Assembly (NCBI GenBank): GCA_048941285.1
Contig: JBHLNS010000004.1
Coordinates: 2,896-66,895 of the forward strand
DNA from: Promethearchaeota archaeon
GTDB taxonomy: Archaea; Asgardarchaeota; Lokiarchaeia; Sigyniarchaeales; SOKP01
DNA: 64,000 nucleotides
Direction: 5' to 3'
This document shows, piece by piece, positions 17,833-26,006 of this stretch. Position numbers and translations under genes: made by a program. Numbering within the stretch: the first letter of the stretch is position 1; the number at the start of each line of letters is the position of its first letter. The notes beneath the pieces are model-generated. The model was not told the DNA's origin. It searched no databases and was given only the letters and a program-made list of their open reading frames with translations.

Positions 17833-18693
17833 TTATTTTCTCTCCTTTTTAAATAGTTTTATATAAATATATATCAAAAGAATGGTGCCTCCAAAGAGAA
17901 ATAGTGTCCAAAAACTTAATTCACTTGAATACATTGAAATGAAACTTAATTCAAAGAGTATTATAATTCCTATGGAAGCAATTAAAATAATTAATCCAAT
18001 GATGAAATATTCATATATATTTTCTATCGAGTTTTGATAATTTATATTGTTTTTGAGAGTACCTTGAATCGTTATTTTTCCTTTCTTATCATTTATTAGT
18101 GAATTTTTGATTGAATGTAAATGGATTGCTGTCTCAAATTGTTGGCTATTTAAATTATGTTGAAGACTTTTTTGAAGAGATAATTCTCGTTCTTTAATTT
18201 TTTGTATAATTAAAGGTCTTAAATTACTGGAATTTCTATCCTTTTTCTTAGCTCTGGGAGTTAAAAAAGAAAAGACTCCTAATGTAGATGTTTCTACGAG
18301 CTCATCATATTCTACGCGTTTATGGAGATTAAGAATATCTATTTTTCTTAAATCATAATATATCTGGAAGGTATTTTTAATGCATTCAAATGGAATGTCC
18401 CCTTTACTTTTAAGAAAAAAGATTTCACACTCTCTTAGGATTTCAATATGTTTTTGGTTGAAAATAGAAATTTTCAAATTTTTCTCAAATATGTCATTTA
18501 TCAACTCCATATATTCAAAAATCTTCTCTCCTGAACCTTTATTTCTTGGTCTAACACCCAGATGAATCCCAATTTCATTAACTTTATTACTGGTTAGGAT
18601 GAAACTCACGACAGCTAACTTTTTATAATTCTTATTTTCTTTGCAAACTTGTATTAAATTCTTCAGTTTAGCATCAATGATTTGTTGCTTCAT
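17833..18693 (-). CDS. membrane-anchored protein (soluble N-domain + C-terminal TM hairpin)
   Basis: 286-aa ORF. The C-terminus (FIIGLIILIASIGIIILF...FWTLFLFGGTILLIYIYI) forms two TM helices. Its stop lies 1 nt upstream of the start of the 1278-aa gene. Confidence 0.55.
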   Translation of the reverse strand: MKQQIIDAKLKNLIQVCKENKNYKKLAVVSFILTSNKVNEIGIHLGVRPRNKGSGEKIFEYMELINDIFEKNLKISIFNQKHIEILRECEIFFLKSKGDIPFECIKNTFQIYYDLRKIDILNLHKRVEYDELVETSTLGVFSFLTPRAKKKDRNSSNLRPLIIQKIKERELSLQKSLQHNLNSQQFETAIHLHSIKNSLINDKKGKITIQGTLKNNINYQNSIENIYEYFIIGLIILIASIGIIILFELSFISMYSSELSFWTLFLFGGTILLIYIYIKLFKKERK

Positions 18694-19418
18694 TTGTTTC
18701 CCTCTATGAATGTTGTTACAATATTATTGATATCATCTTTAGAAATTGGAGAATTAATTTCTTGATCTAACTCTTCTTCGGCGATATATTGATCTAAATC
18801 AATCAACTCTTGAGAATCTTGAATTATTTTGTGCATCTGTTTTTCTGGATTACGTTCTCTCTGAATAAAATTACTTATAGTTTTAAAATAAAAAATGGAG
18901 TAAGGGAAGATAAGAGGAAATGAAATTATTTGTAAAACATAACTAGGACCAATTGAATACCATATAATAACTTCTGAATCATAATTTCTTATGTTTAGAA
19001 GAGGATAGTAAAGTTCGTTTGGTATTAAATACATTAGCGGACAAATAATCAAATAAAATGCTAATAATAATAATATAAATCCGTTCGCATAGCCATATTT
19101 GTTATAAGTTTTAATTACTTTAGCTTTTTCAACATTTTTAAAAATTACGATGTATCCAGAAGTAAGTAATGCAATTAATAATAGGGCATTTATGACAAAA
19201 GGAATTGTAGCATTTACAGGTTTCATTCCTTCATTCAGAGGGGAAGCCTCAGTAAAAGGTGTTGCCCACCCATAAAAAAAATAATAACTCCAAGATACTA
19301 AAAGTTCACTATCAAAGTTATAAATTTGATATGAATACCACTCTAAAAACAATGAAAAAAATAGTAAGGTTAAACCTATTAAATAGATAATTCGAAAGCG
19401 ATGGATAATCTTGCTCAT
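18690..19418 (-). CDS. 4-TM membrane protein with acidic C-terminal tail
   Basis: 242-aa ORF with four hydrophobic helices. It overlaps the next gene by 4 nt (ATGA). Confidence 0.55.
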   Translation of the reverse strand: MSKIIHRFRIIYLIGLTLLFFSLFLEWYSYQIYNFDSELLVSWSYYFFYGWATPFTEASPLNEGMKPVNATIPFVINALLLIALLTSGYIVIFKNVEKAKVIKTYNKYGYANGFILLLLAFYLIICPLMYLIPNELYYPLLNIRNYDSEVIIWYSIGPSYVLQIISFPLIFPYSIFYFKTISNFIQRERNPEKQMHKIIQDSQELIDLDQYIAEEELDQEINSPISKDDINNIVTTFIEGNK

Positions 19419-19424
19419 GATTCC

Positions 19425-21422
19425 CTAATCCTCCAAAAATGAGCTATATTTTTCTACTAATTTATTCTTGAGGCGATTTTCTTTTGAATTCATTGATTGA
19501 AGGTTTTCATTTGATTCGAAAAGCTCTAAGCCTTCAATTTTTCTTTTACTTAATTTATTTCTAAGAAAATTTTCAGCATTTTTCTGCTCTATTTTATTTA
19601 TAATATTGAAATCGTTGTCTTTTTCAACACACTCGAAAACAAACTGTTCCATAAATCTTGTGCTTAGCTCTTCATTAATTAAGATGAGATTTGTCTCATC
19701 AAAATCTAATTTCTTTTGATAATAAGGTGTGGCAAATTCATATTGGAGTTCTGATTTCTGTTTATAAAGTCTTAGATAAATATATGCTATTAGAACAATA
19801 TAAAACGAAATTACACCATAACCTAAATTAATTAGGAAAGATAAAACTGAATACGCTTGGAATAATAATACTAATAAAAAAAAAAAACCATAAAGCATAA
19901 AGGGAGTTGAATATTTTCGTAAGTCTTTAATAAATTTATTTGAAGCTTTACAATGTAGATCCAATGCGTTCTTCTGTTCGCTATAAGTTTCTATTAGAAA
20001 ATGCTTTTGGTCAATGTATTGCAGGAAATCCTGTAGCTGGGATAGTGATAAAATATGTATATTTAATTGTTTTTGGTAAGCAAATGGAACAAGCTTTTCA
20101 GCAAAACCTACATTATTTCGATGTATTAATAATGGTTCAATTAAGATTTTATATTGAAGTGGTCCAGAGCGAAAAAAAAGTTTTTTGTGTGTAAAAGTTT
20201 TTTCCAGAAAAAGGTTGATATTTAAATATTTAGATAAATATCTAAAAAATCTTCCTTCATTTAACATATCTTCAAGAAGAACATCCTGGATATTTTTAAA
20301 TGCTTTTAAATATGATTGAGATAGTCTTTCTAACCTAAAATTCTGTTCAGTATAATTCCCTATAGATCGATATTTAATTGCATTACCTGATACAATAATT
20401 GAACCATTTAAAGAACTAATCTTTATAGGGATGATTAATATCAATTCCAAGAATTCTTTTACTCGGATGAGTTTAACTGCTAGGAGATCTATTCCAGTAA
20501 ATATCGTTCTTAATTCCGGACTTTTTTTAATTATAACAAATTCAGATAATTCAAGTTCTTTTGCAGTTTCCAAATAAATTTCCTGTAATTGAGAAGAATT
20601 TAAAGATTCACTAGAGATTGTATCTTGTTCCTGGACTTTAAGATTAGATTGTCGTAATAATTCTGGAGGGACAACTAGGAAGTTATTTATTTCCGATTCT
20701 TGGGATAATTCGGGATTATTTTTTTCTATTTTTTTTTCAGAAACATTAAAATTGCTAATTGATGCGCCATTATTATCAATCTCTTCGTAATCAAACTCCT
20801 CAAGGTTATCGTCATACCTTTCAAAATTCTCCAAACTATTTTCTAAAGGTTTAATATCAGATGTATCAATCTGTGGAGCATACCACTCTTCAGTTTCAGG
20901 TTTTTCAAATTTTCTTTCAAACCATCTATGTGATCCTTCCCCTGATTTTGATTCTTTGGTGTTGTCCAGATTTATCCTAATATTGCTTTTTTCTGGAAAA
21001 TCGTTTAATTTTTTTAGCCTTACATGCTGCTTCGCGTTTTCTATAAATTTTTGGGCTTTAACTATCCCAATACCATTAATCTGAGTTATTTTCTTTGGTG
21101 AAGAATATGCTAATTCTGAGATTGAACTAATACCAATTTCAGCAAGCTTTTCAGCAACTTTTAAACCAATACCATCTATTATTGTAAGGGATTCTCTTTT
21201 TATACTTGGATTTAAAGAGTTTTGTTGCGACACATTTGAATTAAATATATCAAATTTATCGATCCATTCACAATTCTTTTGCAATTTAGCTTCCCTAAGG
21301 CCATTATTAGATATTTTTAGCGCTTGATCTACATCATTTGCTTGAAAGGCTTCTTGTGCCATTTTGTAGTAGAACTTCAAATCCGATTTTTTCTGCATTA
21401 AACCATCTTGAGTATCAGTCAT
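19425..21422 (-). CDS. membrane protein with N-terminal TPR-like helix pair and tandem helix-hairpin-helix DNA-binding motifs
   Basis: 665-aa ORF with HhH motifs IDGIGLKVAEKLAEIGISSISEL and INGIGIVKAQKFIENA. An acidic linker follows, then a TM hairpin (FMLYGFFFLLVLLFQAYSVLSFLINLGYGVISFYIVLIAYIYL). First gene of the operon. Confidence 0.6.
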   Translation of the reverse strand: MTDTQDGLMQKKSDLKFYYKMAQEAFQANDVDQALKISNNGLREAKLQKNCEWIDKFDIFNSNVSQQNSLNPSIKRESLTIIDGIGLKVAEKLAEIGISSISELAYSSPKKITQINGIGIVKAQKFIENAKQHVRLKKLNDFPEKSNIRINLDNTKESKSGEGSHRWFERKFEKPETEEWYAPQIDTSDIKPLENSLENFERYDDNLEEFDYEEIDNNGASISNFNVSEKKIEKNNPELSQESEINNFLVVPPELLRQSNLKVQEQDTISSESLNSSQLQEIYLETAKELELSEFVIIKKSPELRTIFTGIDLLAVKLIRVKEFLELILIIPIKISSLNGSIIVSGNAIKYRSIGNYTEQNFRLERLSQSYLKAFKNIQDVLLEDMLNEGRFFRYLSKYLNINLFLEKTFTHKKLFFRSGPLQYKILIEPLLIHRNNVGFAEKLVPFAYQKQLNIHILSLSQLQDFLQYIDQKHFLIETYSEQKNALDLHCKASNKFIKDLRKYSTPFMLYGFFFLLVLLFQAYSVLSFLINLGYGVISFYIVLIAYIYLRLYKQKSELQYEFATPYYQKKLDFDETNLILINEELSTRFMEQFVFECVEKDNDFNIINKIEQKNAENFLRNKLSKRKIEGLELFESNENLQSMNSKENRLKNKLVEKYSSFLED

Positions 21423-21484
21423 AAGCGTTTTATAAGAAAAAATTATGAATCCGTTTCTGTTTAAAAAAACAATAATTATGTTGA

Positions 21485-21500
21485 TATTTAAAGAAAAAAT
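21485..21500 (-). promoter_or_regulatory. BRE/TATA-like promoter of the five-gene membrane operon
   Basis: The minus strand reads ATTTTTTCTTTAAATAT, ~62 nt upstream of the ATG at 21422. Confidence 0.4.
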
Positions 21501-21666
21501 TAGATAGAAGAAGATTTTTTCTTGATAAAGTAGTTGTCTTTTTTTCTTTAAATTAAATCATTTCTAAAACTACTTAAGGGAAATAGTAAACATTAAGTGA
21601 TCTATTATCGTTATAGTTTTTGGAAAAATAAGAGATATTAAAGAAGTCAAACATAAAGTACAAAAA

Positions 21667-21909
21667 GTGATTTGTCCTTTATGTAATGATAAGATAATTA
21701 TAGGCGTTGAAACTCAATTTACAAATAGAATTAATACAGATATCTATTTTCCACATATTCATTTACATGGAGATCCGCTTCATGCTTTAATATGTTATAT
21801 TAACTCTGAATTAAAAATAAGGAACCTAGGAGTTGTTAAGAGTATTGAGATTTCAAGAGATTCTCATACTTTTGGAGAGATAATGAAAAAATGGACTAAT
21901 CCATACTAA
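21667..21909 (+). CDS. small Cys/His protein upstream of the helicase gene
   Basis: 80-aa ORF with a GTG start and CPLC...HIHLHGDPLH. The frame stays open upstream to 21601 without a canonical start. It lies 21 nt before the helicase gene. Confidence 0.4.
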   Translation: MICPLCNDKIIIGVETQFTNRINTDIYFPHIHLHGDPLHALICYINSELKIRNLGVVKSIEISRDSHTFGEIMKKWTNPY

Positions 21910-21930
21910 TATCAAATTAGGTTAACATCA

Positions 21931-24468
21931 ATGGTATTAACAGATTTTACTGACAAAATTAAAAAAAAAGAGTTAGAAACTGAGGCTGAAAATGAGATCT
22001 TCAAATATGTATCTGATAAACGCATCCTAAGAGTGCTTTTTGAAGGAAGAATCTTTAGTTTACGGCAGATTCAAATTGATACTATAAAAATGGGATTATT
22101 TTTTCGAAAATCATTTTTAATAAGTGCACCTTCCGGGAGCGGAAAGACTCTAATTGGTGAATTATGTGCTATTAATAATATCTTTCAGAAATTTGGAAAA
22201 TCAATTTATTTAGTCCCATATAAGGCTTTAGCTACAGAAAAGTATTCTCATTTTAAGAAGAGCTATAGTCGATACGGAATAAAGATAGAGCTTTCTATAG
22301 GTGATTATGATGTGGATGACTCTAAATTAGAAAAAGCAGATTTAATAGTCACCACTTATGAAAAAATGGATTCAATTCTTAGAAATTTCTATGATAAAGA
22401 GTGGATTTTTAATATTTCGACTATAATAATTGATGAAATTCATATTATTGGTGAATCTGACAGAGGACCACGATTAGAGTCCTTAATAGTCAGGCTAAAT
22501 GAATTCCTTCATAATCCACAGATAATTGGACTTTCAGCAACTATAGCAAATGCAGAATTTTTTAATTCGTGGCTTTCTTCGCTTGGAAATAAAACAACTT
22601 TAATTAAATCAGATATTCGTCCTGTACCACTCCATTACAGAGTCGAAATTACCCAAAATAAAGATTCAACTATAAAAAGGTTTATTAGATCCACACTTGA
22701 AAAAAATGGACAAGTACTTATCTTTGTAAACCGTCGGAAAGGCGCACAGAAGGTAGCAGAGAATATTAAAACATTAGTTTGCAAATTTCTCGAAGAAAAT
22801 GAATTAAATATTTGCATGTCCCTTGAAAAAAGATTATCTTCAATTAAAGGAGGACATCGTGAATTGAAAAAGATCATAAAATCTGGTGTTGCATTTCATC
22901 ATGCAGGTTTACTTCCAAAGGAGAGAAAAATTATTGAAGATAACTTTAGAAAGCGCATTATTAAAGTAATCTGCTGTACTACAACACTCTCAGCCGGGAT
23001 AAATACCCCTGCTCGTGTTGTTATCTTGAAAGATTTTAAGAAGTATGTAACTTCTGGCCATAATATTAAGAACTTCTCAGGATATTTCGAAAATGGGGAT
23101 GGTTTTTCTTATTTTAAACCTTTTTCTGCAAACGAAGTATTTCAAATATTAGGGAGAGCTGGAAGGCCTGGACTTGATTCTGTTGGTTATGGAATAATTT
23201 TGGTTAAAAATATTGAAGAAAAAATGTGGGTTGAAGATCGATTTTTCCAAAATCATGTACTTAAAGACGTTTCAAAACCTAAATATAATGATCTCATTTC
23301 AGGTTTAAACAAGATAAATACTCTAAAAGAACAGGTATTATTAAGAGTTTTTGAGGAAAAAAAAATCACATTAGAACAGTTAAAACAATTTTTCGAAAAA
23401 ACCTATTTCTGGTATGGAATTAAAAGTAAAATGAAGGAACAGAAAATTCCTATTGAACAATTACTGATGATAAAGGAGATTACCCCCATCAATATTTTAA
23501 AGCTTCATACTGATGCTAATACAGTAAAAGAGTTAAAAGATAGTAATTACCAAATTAAATTAACCAATCTTAATGGTTCAAATATCTCTGCATATGTAAA
23601 AACTTCATTTGGGGTATATTATTGCCAATTTGATATTGAAACAGGAATTCAGTGTACATGTGGATTTAAGAATGGCATTTCTGATAACTTCGCAAATGAT
23701 GAATTTTCTTTCGAGTTTTGTAAACATATTACATCTTTTTTACTCTACTCCGTCCAGCTTCCCGATGCTAAATTTCAAAAGTATGTTGATTCAATCATTC
23801 CAAAATCAGTAAAAAACCAATATATCTTATCATATCTTTTTGAGAAAGGATTAATTTTAAAAGATAAGAAGGGATTAATCAGATGTTCTCATTTTGGCAA
23901 ATTAATAATCAGATTATATTTATACCCAGTTTCTGGTGTGATGATTAGGTATAAACTTGAAAATAATGAAATAAATACTTTTCAAGATTTGATTAAAGAA
24001 GCATTTGACATTTTGAAGGCAGAATTCCGCGTCAAAGACAATAAAATGCTACAGCCTATTTTAGAGTGGGCAGATGAGGAACCGATTGACCAAATTTTAG
24101 ATAAATATAATATTATGGCGGGAGATTTATTTTCTGTAAGAGATAATTTAGAACGAATTATCATATTTATCGGAATTATTGCTGGTAATTTAAGTACAAA
24201 CGGGATTGATCTCCAAGATAAGTTAATCAGAATCGCGGAAATGTGTGAAACTCTAAAAATCCGATTACACTATGGTATTCATGAAGAATTATTTGATCTA
24301 GTTTTAAGATTAGGTGACGTAGCACGCGTAAGAGCAAGAATATTATATAAAGCAGGATATCATACAGCTTCACAATTAAAAAAGGAAAATCCTTATGTCT
24401 TAAATCAAAAAACTGGCCTAGGTATAAATTTATGTAAAAAAATCATTATAAATAAGAAATCGAAATAA
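21931..24468 (+). CDS. Ski2-like/Hel308-family superfamily-2 DNA helicase with inserted SWIM zinc finger
   Basis: Walker A APSGSGKTLIGE, DEIH box (IIDEIH), SAT (LSAT), motif VI QILGRAGRPG and a C-terminal HhH-like RARILYKAGYHTASQL. At 845 aa it is about 130 aa longer than typical Hel308. The insert contains CTC-x21-CKH. Confidence 0.8.
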   Translation: MVLTDFTDKIKKKELETEAENEIFKYVSDKRILRVLFEGRIFSLRQIQIDTIKMGLFFRKSFLISAPSGSGKTLIGELCAINNIFQKFGKSIYLVPYKALATEKYSHFKKSYSRYGIKIELSIGDYDVDDSKLEKADLIVTTYEKMDSILRNFYDKEWIFNISTIIIDEIHIIGESDRGPRLESLIVRLNEFLHNPQIIGLSATIANAEFFNSWLSSLGNKTTLIKSDIRPVPLHYRVEITQNKDSTIKRFIRSTLEKNGQVLIFVNRRKGAQKVAENIKTLVCKFLEENELNICMSLEKRLSSIKGGHRELKKIIKSGVAFHHAGLLPKERKIIEDNFRKRIIKVICCTTTLSAGINTPARVVILKDFKKYVTSGHNIKNFSGYFENGDGFSYFKPFSANEVFQILGRAGRPGLDSVGYGIILVKNIEEKMWVEDRFFQNHVLKDVSKPKYNDLISGLNKINTLKEQVLLRVFEEKKITLEQLKQFFEKTYFWYGIKSKMKEQKIPIEQLLMIKEITPINILKLHTDANTVKELKDSNYQIKLTNLNGSNISAYVKTSFGVYYCQFDIETGIQCTCGFKNGISDNFANDEFSFEFCKHITSFLLYSVQLPDAKFQKYVDSIIPKSVKNQYILSYLFEKGLILKDKKGLIRCSHFGKLIIRLYLYPVSGVMIRYKLENNEINTFQDLIKEAFDILKAEFRVKDNKMLQPILEWADEEPIDQILDKYNIMAGDLFSVRDNLERIIIFIGIIAGNLSTNGIDLQDKLIRIAEMCETLKIRLHYGIHEELFDLVLRLGDVARVRARILYKAGYHTASQLKKENPYVLNQKTGLGINLCKKIIINKKSK

Positions 24469-24485
24469 AATAATACCTTTTACGC

Positions 24486-24761
24486 ATGGATTCTAAAATT
24501 GAAAAGAAAAACAATATAAGGATACAAGATTCACAAATTTCTGACAAAAATTCAAGAAACTCAGAGAATAAATCTGAAAAAATAGTAAATGAAAACATCG
24601 AAAGTTTATGTGATGAAAATCTCACTACTCTTAAGAAAATCCATGCAATTTTATTAAATTGCCTTAATCTTTCCAAACAACAGAAGCTTGAGTTTTGTGA
24701 AAGTGAAAGGTATTTTATGAAATTATATCTAAATAAGTTACAAAATAAAAATAAAAAATAA
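24486..24761 (+). CDS. hypothetical low-complexity protein
   Basis: 91-aa ORF 17 nt after the helicase stop, Asn/Lys/Ser/Glu-rich. Coding status is uncertain. Confidence 0.3.
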   Translation: MDSKIEKKNNIRIQDSQISDKNSRNSENKSEKIVNENIESLCDENLTTLKKIHAILLNCLNLSKQQKLEFCESERYFMKLYLNKLQNKNKK

Positions 24762-24911
24762 AATCAAACTTGAATTGCTATTAAAGCTTTTATCCAATTG
24801 GTGTCTATAATGATCATCCTTAAAACTGCAATTTCATTCCAATTGATTTTTTATATAGATAATAGGGTCATTATTATAGAAAAATTATAATTTTAACAAA
24901 AGGTTTTAATC

Positions 24912-25130
24912 ATGAGTTCTCAATCATTAGAAAAAGCGGAATTAATACTCCTAAATTTTGAGACCTATAAAGAGGACTCTATAAATTTTAATGAGATTAT
25001 AATTCCTTTTTCTAGGTTTGGCATATCTAAAAGTCCAGCATATATTTATGAAGGGCTTGAGAATATTGCATTCAAAGAAAGACATCCATTTTATAGATCG
25101 ATTCTTTTAGACGAGTTTGTTGAATTATGA
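24912..25130 (+). CDS. small conserved protein, tandem paralog 1
   Basis: 72 aa. Shares IIPFSRF..........Y.G.E.I.F.ERHP.Y......EF with ORF 25223..25462. Confidence 0.5.
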   Translation: MSSQSLEKAELILLNFETYKEDSINFNEIIIPFSRFGISKSPAYIYEGLENIAFKERHPFYRSILLDEFVEL

Positions 25131-25168
25131 GATTAAGTCAAAAAAAATCATAAAATCTCATACGACTC

Positions 25169-25188
25169 AATATTTTTCTTTATATAAT
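25169..25188 (+). promoter_or_regulatory. BRE/TATA-like promoter element
   Basis: AATATTTTTCTTTATATAAT, ~35 nt upstream of the ATG at 25223. Confidence 0.4.
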
Positions 25189-25222
25189 TTTGATTTTATC
25201 CTGTATTAAAAGGTGAAAAAAT

Positions 25223-25462
25223 ATGAGCTCAAAATCATCAGAAAAAAAACACCAAAAAATACCAATTCAAGATTTAGAGCAACCTCTGAAATTAACTAAT
25301 GCTGTCATTCCCTTTTCTAAGCTTACTATACCTGAGAAATTTATCTATTACGGATATGAAAGAATTCCCTTTCATGAAAGACACCCTGTTTATCAAACGC
25401 TCATAAAGAGAGAATTTGCTGAAGGAATTAAAGATTTTATAAAAATAATTAAAAAGAAATGA
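25223..25462 (+). CDS. small conserved protein, tandem paralog 2
   Basis: 79 aa, paralog of 24912..25130 (VIPFSKL...YGYERIPFHERHPVYQTLIKREF). It has its own TATA-like element and a GGTGA Shine-Dalgarno-like site. Confidence 0.5.
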   Translation: MSSKSSEKKHQKIPIQDLEQPLKLTNAVIPFSKLTIPEKFIYYGYERIPFHERHPVYQTLIKREFAEGIKDFIKIIKKK

Positions 25463-25475
25463 ATTCGATTTGGAT

Positions 25476-26000
25476 TTAAACCTTTAATTTATAGTAATAA
25501 TCACCATTTATTCGTTTCAAAACGCCTTGTTTCTTTAGTTTTCTTGTTAATAATTTTACTTCTGATTTCGGAATATTGTAGTTTTCTGCCATTATTTCAA
25601 TAATATAGTAAGGAAAAGTATTATAAGCTTTAGATAAGTTATATAGCATTTGTTTTAATTTCTCAGAATAATTATAATCATTAAAATCAATATTAATTGC
25701 ATCTTTTTGACTTTTTTCCCTTCCAACTACTCTGAAATCTTCTGATGTTCTAAATACAGGTTCTGAACCCAACTCTTTTATTGCTAACTCATTCTGCTTC
25801 TTTTTCACTAATTCTATTGCATTGGATATACCTTTTATAATTTCACTTCGTTCTATTACGTTATTAACTTTATGAATATAACCACACCTAATACATTTCT
25901 TCGTCTTTTGAGTACTTTTTGCATAAATATAGTTATGACATTTTCTACAAGAAAATATCAAATAAGGAGTTTCATCTTTTTTCCAAATTATATCTTCCAA
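25476..26000 (-). CDS. zinc-ribbon protein (DUF1922-like) with C-terminal winged-helix-like region
   Basis: CRKCHNYIYAKSTQKTKKCIRCGY ribbon. The C-terminal KLLTRKLKKQGVLKRINGDYYYKL is wHTH-like. TTG start 6 nt after the Hef stop. Confidence 0.5.
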   Translation of the reverse strand: MEDIIWKKDETPYLIFSCRKCHNYIYAKSTQKTKKCIRCGYIHKVNNVIERSEIIKGISNAIELVKKKQNELAIKELGSEPVFRTSEDFRVVGREKSQKDAINIDFNDYNYSEKLKQMLYNLSKAYNTFPYYIIEIMAENYNIPKSEVKLLTRKLKKQGVLKRINGDYYYKLKV

Positions 26001-26006
26001 AGTTGC

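Noticed and set aside
24446-24676. 76-aa ORF on the - strand
   Set aside because: It overlaps the helicase 3' end and the co-oriented ORF 24486..24761, and it has no motif. It is probably a shadow frame, although 24486..24761 is itself only weakly supported.
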